DNA of 9,322 nt from a virus (Duplodnaviria > Heunggongvirae > Uroviricota > Caudoviricetes): IMG/VR virus record IMGVR_UViG_2574180220_000002; one strand, given 5' to 3'. Each line of letters begins with the position of its first letter. The first letter of the stretch is position 1. Below are positions 1 through 9,322 of this stretch, one piece after another. Position numbers and translations under genes: made by a program. A model generated the notes under the pieces. That model saw only the letters and a program-made list of their open reading frames with translations. It was not told where the DNA came from and searched no databases.

Positions 1-861
1 ATGAGATTCAGCACCCCATTACGGTATCCTGGTGGTAAAGGTAAATTAACTAACTATCTATCAAAGATCATTATGATCAATGGTTTAGATGGTTGCGAAT
101 ATGTTGAGCCGTATGCTGGTGGTGCTGGAGTAGCCATTAATTTACTTTTGTCTGGGAAAGCATCACGTATACATTTAAACGATCTTAATAACGCCATTTT
201 TTGTTTTTGGCGGTCAATTCTAGAAGAAACTGATCAGTTTTGCCAATTAATTGAAAAAACCCCTGTGAATATGGATGAATGGTATAAGAATAAAAATATC
301 ATTAGTAATCAATGTGATTATTCCTCATTGGAAGTTGGATTCGCTACGTTTTTCCTTAATCGAACAAATCGGTCAGGAATTTTGTTAGGTGGTGTAATTG
401 GTGGTAAGGAACAAAATGGAAAATGGAAAATAGATGCTCGATTTAATAAGGTTGATTTAGTAAACCGTATTAAGGTAATAGCAGACCGTAAATCTGATAT
501 TTGTATCTATAACCAAGATGCTAAATCATTCTTGCAAAATACTGTAACTGGATTCCCATTAAAAACATTGCTTTATCTTGACCCTCCATATTATGTTAAA
601 GGAAAGGGCTTGTATCAAAACCATTATAGTCATGATGATCATGTCGAAATTGCTAATATTATAAAATCTAATTCAAAGCATCCATGGATTGTATCTTACG
701 ATAATACTGTTGAAATAAACAACATGTACACTGGTCTTAGAAAAATTGAGTACGGTATCAGCTATAGTGCTCAATCTAGGTACCAAGGGCCAGAAGTAAT
801 CTTTTTTTGTGATAGCATTTCTATTCCTGATGATATGGATCCTACAAGAGTCAAATTATAG
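1..861 (+). CDS. DNA adenine (N6) methyltransferase, Dam/D12 family
   Basis: 286-aa ORF with ATG at position 1. Contains N-terminal RYPGGK, EPYAGGAGV (AdoMet-binding motif I-like), FFLNRTNRSG and the catalytic DPPY tetrapeptide (LYLDPPYYV), in the order typical of Dam/DpnM/T4 Dam. Visibly much more AT-rich than the rest of the window (by eye, not computed). The 3' end overlaps the convergent integrase gene by 11 bp. Confidence 0.85.
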   Translation: MRFSTPLRYPGGKGKLTNYLSKIIMINGLDGCEYVEPYAGGAGVAINLLLSGKASRIHLNDLNNAIFCFWRSILEETDQFCQLIEKTPVNMDEWYKNKNIISNQCDYSSLEVGFATFFLNRTNRSGILLGGVIGGKEQNGKWKIDARFNKVDLVNRIKVIADRKSDICIYNQDAKSFLQNTVTGFPLKTLLYLDPPYYVKGKGLYQNHYSHDDHVEIANIIKSNSKHPWIVSYDNTVEINNMYTGLRKIEYGISYSAQSRYQGPEVIFFCDSISIPDDMDPTRVKL

Positions 862-1981
862 CTATTTTACTCCAATCTTTCCCTCGGTCATCATGGTAGC
901 GATCTGTTTGCTGCTGGGTTTTATGGCCCAGTAGCTTTCTAGTATCGATCCCCTGTTCTTTGTACAGACGTTCAGATAAAGACCGTTGTTCATGGAATGT
1001 GGCAGGTGAACCTTTCCCCCAATCAATTCCTGCTAAATCTCTTGCTTTACTGAAATTCATAGTCAAGGTATTGGCTTTAACCTGTGCGCCGCGTTCAGCC
1101 TGTGAAGTAGTACGAAAAAAATGTACAAGGTATGGGCTGACAGCATAGTCACGGCAACGGGCTACTACATCGCGCAAACTCCAGTTAATCGCATTGAGGC
1201 GCAGAGAAAGCGGGATGGCGATTTTGCTCCCGGTTTTTTCCTGGATGACGTGAAGATGATCATCCCAAATATCGCTAAATTTCATACGTGAGATATCACC
1301 TAACCGTTGGCCGGTAACCAGTGCTAACAGCATGGCATTCCCCATATAACGATGACTGGCATCTGCAATATCAAAGATTTTTTGCCACTCTTCAAGATTT
1401 AACCGTTGTCGGGTAATTTTTCTTCTGGGTTGTTTGGTTGCCAGTGCAGGATTATAGCCCGGAGGGACTTCCCCATAGTGTTGTGCCTCCTTGAATACAT
1501 CAATTAGAACGGAGCGGACTACTTGCGCCATCCTCGGTTGCCCGGCAGTGATATACTCGTCAAGCAATTGTGCTATATCCCTTACATCAACTGATGAAAT
1601 TAATTTCATTCCTGCTCGTTCCCTGAGCAAGGATACTGGTTTGGCTTTCTGTTTATAGGTGTTGAGCTTTATATCGCCACTTTCCAGTCTGTCATCCTGG
1701 ATTGCTTGATAGCGATCTAACCAGGTTGACGTTGTGATTGCTTTTCCTTTGCTGGTTGCGATCCTGTCACTGATAGCCAGAATCTGCCGGGTTCTTTGCT
1801 CAGCCAGGCGTGAATTTGCCTCAGTGGCAATAGCAATGGCTTCAGCTTCGTTTGTGCCTAAAGAATGAAACTTCCCGGTCACTGGATGTTTATATCGCCA
1901 ATAGACTTTATTTACTTTTCTGCTATAAAGCGGATACAAGTTCGGGACTGAAACATTATTTTTACGTGGTCTGGCTGCCAT
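851..1981 (-). CDS. int: Tyrosine site-specific integrase, lambda Int family
   Basis: 376-aa ORF starting at ATG (1981..1979). Collinear with lambda Int from the N-terminal arm-binding region to the catalytic C-terminus: TGQRLGDI (Arg), HEQRSLSERLY (His-x-x-Arg), LLGHK...DRYHDD (His and the Tyr nucleophile). Appears intact. Confidence 0.95.
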   Translation of the reverse strand: MAARPRKNNVSVPNLYPLYSRKVNKVYWRYKHPVTGKFHSLGTNEAEAIAIATEANSRLAEQRTRQILAISDRIATSKGKAITTSTWLDRYQAIQDDRLESGDIKLNTYKQKAKPVSLLRERAGMKLISSVDVRDIAQLLDEYITAGQPRMAQVVRSVLIDVFKEAQHYGEVPPGYNPALATKQPRRKITRQRLNLEEWQKIFDIADASHRYMGNAMLLALVTGQRLGDISRMKFSDIWDDHLHVIQEKTGSKIAIPLSLRLNAINWSLRDVVARCRDYAVSPYLVHFFRTTSQAERGAQVKANTLTMNFSKARDLAGIDWGKGSPATFHEQRSLSERLYKEQGIDTRKLLGHKTQQQTDRYHDDRGKDWSKIAII

Positions 1982-2222
1982 TACCTAAAATCCTTTGTAG
2001 AATAATAGAATCACTTTTCTTTATTACTGGAGTAACTAACTCCCCAACTAACTCTGCATCCTCACGCACTCGCCATAGTCGACCTTGTTTCATTGCCGGT
2101 GGACAAAATAAATTCTGCTTAGCATAACGACGTAATGTGGACACACTTGGAGGATTACTCCTAAATTTTTCCGCAGCCCATTCCTCAAGTGTCAGCATTT
2201 GAAGCATTTTTGATAACCTCAT
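1962..2222 (-). CDS. xis: Excisionase (Xis, winged-helix DNA-binding family)
   Basis: Small ORF immediately upstream of int, overlapping its start by 20 nt, the usual int-xis arrangement. Product contains LTLEEWAAEKF...PSVSTLRRYAKQ...GRLWRVREDAE, typical of phage excisionases. Start is ambiguous: ATG at 2222 has no SD, while the in-frame ATG at 2207 (MLQMLTLEEW) has AGG about 9 nt upstream. Confidence 0.7.
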   Translation of the reverse strand: MRLSKMLQMLTLEEWAAEKFRSNPPSVSTLRRYAKQNLFCPPAMKQGRLWRVREDAELVGELVTPVIKKSDSIILQRILGNGSQTT

Positions 2223-2250
2223 TTCTTTTGCTACAAAACTATTTCACTAG

Positions 2251-2799
2251 TTAATTTCGCTGTCTGGATTGTTTATGTATCTTATGCAGCTCTTTAAAGC
2301 GTTCCATAAACATCCCGTAGGCATGGCCCGGTGCCAGTGGAATCACGTTGAACATCTCTGTTGCCGGGATACCTTCCAGCACAGGCCAGAAAGAGCCATC
2401 ATCAAGCCCGAGATCGCGGCGTTCGGTTGCCAGCATGATGAGATCGGCATATTTCACGGGCGTACTCATAACTGGGGGTAACCCGTATTTCTCACGGATT
2501 ACGGCGTCTATTTTTTCTTCCATTTGTTTATAGTCAGGAAGAAGGCGTTTCAGTGGTGCGGGAATGTCCTGGCAATACGCTTCTGTTGCATCATGCATTA
2601 ACGCTTCAAAAGCAAATTCCTGCGGCACCAACTGGCTGCAAAGAACCGCATGTTGGGCGACGCTGTAGAAGTGCGAAAGATGACCGGCAAAGCGACAGAT
2701 ATTTGAAAGGGAAACCGCGATATCGTTAATATCGATGTCGTCTTTATTTATCCTGTCATAATAAAAATGCTTCCCGGAAAAAGTTTTAATAAATGACAT
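2251..2799 (-). CDS. yfdR: HD-domain phosphohydrolase (YfdR/YfbR-like 5'-deoxynucleotidase family)
   Basis: Conserved H...HD metal-binding signature (HLSHFYSVAQHA ... LMHDATEAY). The track ORF begins at GTG 2826; I prefer ATG at 2799 (MSFIKTF), which has GGAG 6 nt upstream, giving about 182 aa. Size and position, downstream of a DUF2303 gene and upstream of xis/int, match YfdR of CPS-53-type prophages (from memory). Confidence 0.8.
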   Translation of the reverse strand: MSFIKTFSGKHFYYDRINKDDIDINDIAVSLSNICRFAGHLSHFYSVAQHAVLCSQLVPQEFAFEALMHDATEAYCQDIPAPLKRLLPDYKQMEEKIDAVIREKYGLPPVMSTPVKYADLIMLATERRDLGLDDGSFWPVLEGIPATEMFNVIPLAPGHAYGMFMERFKELHKIHKQSRQRN

Positions 2800-2890
2800 T
2801 TTGTTCTCCACGTATATGCGCTGCACCGCGCTGAATTTTGGTTAAAGAAAACCCTCGCCATCAGGCGATTATTGAGTTAATTACGTTTCC

Positions 2891-2916
2891 ATAAATGCCC
2901 CCGCAGGGGCATTTGC
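2891..2916 (-). terminator. Stable GC-rich hairpin between the DUF2303 gene and the HD gene; candidate intra-operon intrinsic terminator
   Basis: Perfect 9-bp stem AAATGCCCC (2893-2901) / GGGGCATTT (2906-2914) with 4-nt loop. On the minus strand the hairpin runs into UUUAU. It starts 12 nt after the stop of the upstream gene (2927). Confidence 0.4.
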
Positions 2917-2926
2917 AGTAATGAAA

Positions 2927-3751
2927 TCAGGCGGTGAAAGTACCAATAAGGGTTTCTACTTTGCTGTCTTTGAATTTTTCAACAAGCAGATCACGAAATT
3001 CGTTAGCCATTTCTTCCTGTACTGCTTCCAGCTGAATAATGCGCAGAACCAGTACAGGGCGATCACCAGTGATAATGCTGAGGCGTAATTTAAACGGACG
3101 TTCTTTCAGGCCTTCAAACGGAACGCATTTAAACTCAAATGCTACTGGCATAATGTCTTTGGTTTTCGCTTCGACAGACTCCATCAGAGAGCGTTTGCCG
3201 CTGAAGTCATTGTCTTCAAAATCAGCGGTATGGTTTGCTTCAATCGTGATTTTACGGACCGCCGCAGCCGCTTTTGTTGCCTGAATGGCGTCACCATTAG
3301 CATCAAAGCCCACAAGGTAGTCGGCCCAGTCTTCAATCCATTCTGCCAGTGACTTCTGGGAGTTACGCTCGCCGTTAACAGACAACAGAGCAGAGAACGG
3401 TGCTGTCTTTTTCAGTTTGAGAGTGGCGGTGTTATCTGCGTGACCTGGTTCATCAATAGTACCCAGGTTAAGCACACTGACGGCACGCATATTATCGGCA
3501 TCGATAAAGCAGCGGGTGCCTTCATCTGCAAGATCTTTAGAATAACGGGTAAAGTCATCGATGCTGGCAGTGGAAAGTGCACCACGGAAACGGAAGCGAT
3601 TTAAATTAAATTTTTCCAGATCATGAATGCGGAAATTCTCAGGCAATGCCACAGCATCGGCACCAATCTTACTGATAATTTCATTAACACCCTGAGCAGA
3701 AATAAGGGCATGGATTTGATTAATTGCGGTTGCGTCTAAGTTCTGAGACAT
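2927..3751 (-). CDS. yfdQ: DUF2303-family phage protein (YfdQ-like), function unknown
   Basis: 274-aa ORF with ATG at 3751 and GAGGA 6 nt upstream. Coding-like composition. Length and position (between the 120-aa gene and the HD gene) match YfdQ of CPS-53-type prophages, recalled from memory and not verified. Confidence 0.75.
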   Translation of the reverse strand: MSQNLDATAINQIHALISAQGVNEIISKIGADAVALPENFRIHDLEKFNLNRFRFRGALSTASIDDFTRYSKDLADEGTRCFIDADNMRAVSVLNLGTIDEPGHADNTATLKLKKTAPFSALLSVNGERNSQKSLAEWIEDWADYLVGFDANGDAIQATKAAAAVRKITIEANHTADFEDNDFSGKRSLMESVEAKTKDIMPVAFEFKCVPFEGLKERPFKLRLSIITGDRPVLVLRIIQLEAVQEEMANEFRDLLVEKFKDSKVETLIGTFTA

Positions 3752-3816
3752 AATAAGTCCTCACTATATAAAGATATTCAGTGATGAGATAAATAATCAG
3801 TTAATTAAGAACGATA

Positions 3817-4179
3817 TTAATGACCTGCTGCGCGTAGTTTTCCGTCAGGTTCACCGGCAAGAGTCAGTAATTGTCCCTGGTCTTCCTGCAGAATAGTCAG
3901 GCGACCACCGCGATTGACATACATCGGTGTTTCGGTGGTGTCTTCTTCGGAAATTTTCCCGCGGTTAGTCGGGCGAACATATGAGAGTTTGTGTTTGATT
4001 TTCACACGGTTCTCATCAAATGGTTCGATTTCCAGGTTGAGCGAGACCTTACCTTTGGTTTTCGTGTTCATCACACCGGAAGCGACTTCACTGAGAACTG
4101 CGCCGATTTTGGTTTCAAATACGCCGCCGTCCAGCTCCCCGATAAATGCCTGCACATCAGTACTGCGTTCGCTAGCCAT
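3817..4179 (-). CDS. Hypothetical early-left phage protein, about 120 aa (YfdP-like by position and size)
   Basis: The track ORF (3817..4365) begins at TTG, and its first 62 codons are low-complexity (R/C/S/G-rich) and cross a structured non-coding element. ATG at 4179 is preceded by GGGGAG 7 nt upstream and gives MASERSTDVQAF..., 120 aa; ATG at 4197 is an alternative. No recognisable catalytic motif. Confidence 0.6.
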   Translation of the reverse strand: MASERSTDVQAFIGELDGGVFETKIGAVLSEVASGVMNTKTKGKVSLNLEIEPFDENRVKIKHKLSYVRPTNRGKISEEDTTETPMYVNRGGRLTILQEDQGQLLTLAGEPDGKLRAAGH

Positions 4180-4227
4180 TTTGCTGCTCCCCATCATATC
4201 GACCCTGCAAGGTCGGTTGGTTTCTCC

Positions 4228-4327
4228 ACAAAACAGAGAAGAACACCTGCGGTGGCAGCCGCCCGGATGGATTGGGTTATGAGCCCGTCGTCCGGTGATG
4301 CTCTTCTCTGTTTTGTAAAAAGAGCGG
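4228..4327 (-). promoter_or_regulatory. boxA-like motif followed by a long structured hairpin in the leader of the early-left operon (candidate nut/put-type antitermination element or structured 5' UTR)
   Basis: Minus strand reads CGCTCTTTTTACA (4326->4314), resembling boxA (lambda nut CGCTCTTA; rrn TGCTCTTTAACA). It is followed by a perfect 15-bp inverted repeat, ACAAAACAGAGAAGA (4228-4242) / TCTTCTCTGTTTTGT (4302-4316), enclosing 59 nt with nested stems (CCGGA 4263-4267 / TCCGG 4291-4295; GCGG 4249-4252 / CCGC 4259-4262). Lies about 50 nt upstream of the 120-aa gene start. Confidence 0.35.
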
Positions 4328-4860
4328 TACCTGCCGGAAGCAAGTGTACAAACTGGTACCGCCAAAGCAGTGGCTGTTGTGGTGACCGGTGCTGATCTCC
4401 GGCTTGCGGTTATTTCAGACTCTCACGGGCGTTTAATTGCCCCGCCGAACAGCTCTTTTCCGCAATAGCTGCAATGTCTTTCGCGCATCAGTCTGCGCAT
4501 TCACCACAACGCTGAGAGCACTTAGCCAGTTACGGCACCACACTTTGTCGCGGTTCCATAAATGCCCTCATCGTTGCACCCTGGTCTCTTCCCAGGCGTC
4601 AAACCGAATCGCCACGCTGGTTAGGCGTCTTATCAGCATCATCATTGACTTGCACATTCCGGCTACCTAGTTTGTTTGCTCGAGCAAGGAGTGGATTGTC
4701 CCCTTTAACGTCACCAGACCGCTAACGACGCATGTGCCATACGCCGTGTTACAACCAAATTTTGTTAGTACCTTGTTTGTTTGTCTGGAAAGAAAGATAA
4801 AATGAAGTTGCGTATTATGCAAGTGTTTTTGTTGCGAGATATGCAATTTAAAGGGTGATG

Positions 4861-4881
4861 AAAAGCCACCTTTGGGTGGCT
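4861..4881 (-). terminator. Candidate intrinsic terminator downstream of the cI-like gene
   Basis: Stem AGCCACC (4864-4870) / GGTGGCT (4875-4881) with loop TTTG. On the minus strand it is followed by only UUUC, a short U-tract. Lies about 20 bp after the repressor stop (4902-4904). Confidence 0.4.
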
Positions 4882-4901
4882 AATTGATGAGGAGGTAAGG
4901 G

Positions 4902-5594
4902 TTAATTGTGTCGCTTAAGGGTTTGTGACTGGCTGATTAAGACCTTTCCAAAGACCATAAACCGGTGTTCATTTTCGCTGGTAATTCCCCATTCACGGTA
5001 AATCTGGTTATCAGAAATCACCAGTAGTTTGTCAGGTATCATTTGCAGTCGTTTGACATAAATTTTATCATCAAAACCAAATACATAGATACCATCTCCA
5101 TCAAACTGATTGATACTGACATCAACGAAGATGAGATCTCCTGGCTCAATGGTTGGACACATACTGTCCCCACGAACGTTGATAACTTTAATGTGATTGG
5201 CTGGCCGTCCGCCAAACATCGATACAGCATTATCAGTTCTGTATTCAATGGCATGAATCACATCAATGACATCACCGCCCTGGATAAGGCCATTTCCCGC
5301 ACTGGCACTGACATCCAGCATTTCAATACGGAATACATCCTTCACCTGCGCAACATCCTCACTAATACTGTTTTTACATACAGTATTACTTTTGACGTCT
5401 GAGGTAAAGAGATCAGCAATATCAACACCTAAGCTCCTGGCAATATTACTCAGGGCTTGTTCAGTGAATTGTTTCTGCTTACCTGTTTCCAGGCGTGAGA
5501 TATTCGCCGCATCCACTCCTATTGCTTCAGCGAGATCGGCGATTTTCATGTTCTTCGCCTGGCGAAGTTGTCTGACTCGGTTTCCTATGTTCAT
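4902..5594 (-). CDS. cI: CI-type phage repressor (N-terminal XRE HTH, C-terminal S24 LexA-like autopeptidase)
   Basis: 230 aa. HTH: RVRQLRQAKNMKIADLAEAIGVDAANISRLETGK. Candidate Ala-Gly cleavage site in SASAGNG. S24 catalytic Ser in GDSMCP and Lys in YVKRL. Divergent from a cro-like gene across an operator-rich 97-bp region. Confidence 0.9.
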   Translation of the reverse strand: MNIGNRVRQLRQAKNMKIADLAEAIGVDAANISRLETGKQKQFTEQALSNIARSLGVDIADLFTSDVKSNTVCKNSISEDVAQVKDVFRIEMLDVSASAGNGLIQGGDVIDVIHAIEYRTDNAVSMFGGRPANHIKVINVRGDSMCPTIEPGDLIFVDVSINQFDGDGIYVFGFDDKIYVKRLQMIPDKLLVISDNQIYREWGITSENEHRFMVFGKVLISQSQTLKRHN

Positions 5595-5691
5595 GCGTTT
5601 ATTACATTTCTTTATTGCGCGTTAAGCAAATCAACTTGCGCAAAATATTTGCGTGAAATAATATGCTTATCACGCAATATGTGGAGGTAAT
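5595..5691. promoter_or_regulatory. Divergent cI/cro control region with repeated operator half-sites and candidate back-to-back promoters
   Basis: TTGCG/CGCAA half-sites recur as inverted repeats: TTGC-N7-GCAA (5615-5629), CGCAAA-ATA-TTTGCG (5639-5653), TTGCGTGA-N13-TCACGCAA (5649-5677). Candidate rightward promoter: -35 TTGCGC (5636-5641), 17 bp, -10 TAATAT (5659-5664), then GGAGG (5683-5687) and cro ATG at 5692. Candidate leftward promoter on the minus strand: -35 TTGCTT (5629-5624), 17 bp, -10 TGTAAT (5606-5601), 6 nt, then the A of the cI ATG, suggesting a leaderless cI mRNA. Confidence 0.55.
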
Positions 5692-5916
5692 ATGCAATCA
5701 CCATTACGGAATGTGCGTAAGGCGCACGGATTTACTTTGCAGCATGTTGCTGCTGGCGTTCAGGTCAATCCAGCGACGCTGAGTCGTATTGAAAGACTGG
5801 AACAAATTCCATCTATCGATCTTGCAGAACGTCTGGCCAATTTTTTTAAGGATGAAATCAGCGAAATGCAGATTCTTTATCGTATTTCAGGGATGCTCGT
5901 GCCGAACTGGGTATAA
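5692..5916 (+). CDS. cro: Cro-like XRE-family HTH regulator
   Basis: 74-aa ORF with GGAGG SD. HTH: LRNVRKAHGFTLQHVAAGVQVNPATLSRIE. Divergent from the cI-like gene. The C-terminal tail (from about residue 58) overlaps an out-of-frame HTH-coding segment, so the true C-terminus is uncertain. Confidence 0.7.
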   Translation: MQSPLRNVRKAHGFTLQHVAAGVQVNPATLSRIERLEQIPSIDLAERLANFFKDEISEMQILYRISGMLVPNWV

Positions 5917-5954
5917 CGGCAAAACAAATTGCCGAAGCCACAGGTAAGAAAAAT

Positions 5955-8686
<2,732 letters not shown>

Positions 8687-8687
<1 letters not shown>

Positions 8688-9322
8688 TGGAATTCAGAAT
8701 GAGTGAACAACCACGGACCATAAAAATTTATAATCTGCTGGCCGGAACTAATGAATTTATTGGTGAAGGTGACGCATATATTCCGCCTCATACAGGTCTG
8801 CCAGCAAACAGTACCTATATTGCACCGCCAGATATTCCGGCTGGCTTCGTGGCTGTTTTCAACAGTGATGAGTCATCGTGGCATCTCGTTGAAGATCATC
8901 GGGGTAAAACGGTTTATGACGTGGCTTCCGGCGACGCGTTATTTATTTCTGAACTCGGCTCATTACCGGAAAATGTTACCTGGTTATCGCCGGAAGGGGA
9001 GTTTCAGAAGTGGAACGGCACAGCCTGGGTGAAAGATGCAGAAGCAGAAAAACTGTTCCGGATCCGGGAGGCGGAAGAAACAAAAAACAGCCTGATGCAG
9101 GTAGCCAGTGAGCATATTGCGCCACTTCAGGATGCTGTAGATCTGGAAATCGCAACGGAGGAAGAAACCTCATTGCTGGAAGCCTGGAAAAAGTATCGGG
9201 TGTTGCTGAACCGTGTTGATACATCAACTGCACCTGATATTGAGTGGCCTGCAACCCCTGTTATGGATAATCGTTCCTGTTGTAGCCACAGTCACGTCAT
9301 ATACAAGAACTTGCTGGCCTAA
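8687..9322 (+). CDS. tfa: Tail fibre assembly protein (Tfa family chaperone)
   Basis: 211 aa, starting [54 protein letters not shown]..., the conserved Tfa N-terminus of lambdoid/Rac/e14-type prophages. Translationally coupled to stf through the ATAATGG overlap. The last ~17 residues ([18 protein letters not shown]) look like a non-canonical extension. Confidence 0.88.

Noticed and set aside
2800-2826. GTG start at 2826 for the HD-domain gene
   Set aside because: No SD at the GTG, whereas the ATG at 2799 has GGAG 6 nt upstream; the shorter form matches the expected family length.
4228-4316. The long hairpin as a tRNA or tmRNA-like gene
   Set aside because: A 15-bp perfect stem with a 59-nt interior does not fit a cloverleaf (no acceptor, D or T arm arrangement recognisable by eye); a regulatory RNA or DNA structure is more plausible.
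4180-4365. N-terminal 62-codon extension of the 3817..4365 track ORF
   Set aside because: Starts at TTG, has non-protein-like composition and runs through the boxA/hairpin element; the ATG at 4179 with a GGAG SD is a far better start.
4437-4670. 77-aa plus-strand ORF in the leader region
   Set aside because: R/S/T/C-rich low-complexity translation, no SD, and it lies antisense to the leftward leader; most likely a chance ORF.
4802-4858. 18-aa plus-strand ORF (MKLRIMQVFLLRDMQFKG) just upstream of the repressor terminator hairpin
   Set aside because: Too short to support without expression data or conservation; only a weak purine-rich SD-like stretch; kept as a note under the ORF-poor region finding.
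4865-4880. Hairpin as a plus-strand terminator
   Set aside because: On the plus strand it is followed by TAATTGATGAGG rather than a U-tract; the minus-strand reading, downstream of cI, fits better.

Overview
This window reads as the left arm and a collapsed right arm of a defective lambdoid prophage, abutted at its left edge by a markedly AT-rich Dam-family DNA adenine methyltransferase gene. From left to right: Dam-like MTase (+), then a leftward early operon on the minus strand (integrase, excisionase, HD-domain phosphohydrolase, DUF2303 protein, 120-aa protein) whose order and sizes resemble the yfdP-yfdQ-yfdR genes of E. coli CPS-53-type prophages. A ~720-bp ORF-poor leader follows, carrying a boxA-like motif and a long structured hairpin, then a LexA-like CI repressor (-), an operator-rich divergent region, and a Cro-like HTH gene (+). 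Right of cro the phage is heavily deleted: an HTH remnant fused to the C-terminal module of a beta-class MTase, a strong intrinsic terminator, an internal fragment of tail-tip protein J, an N-terminally truncated side tail fibre gene, and an intact tail fibre assembly gene. No replication, lysis, head or tail-shaft genes, rRNA/tRNA, CRISPR array or IS element is visible. All calls come from reading the sequence and from motif and family recognition from memory; no database search or computation was run. The candidates most worth follow-up are the boxA-plus-hairpin leader element and the yfdPQR-like early-left cassette, but I cannot show from sequence alone that either is a new system.
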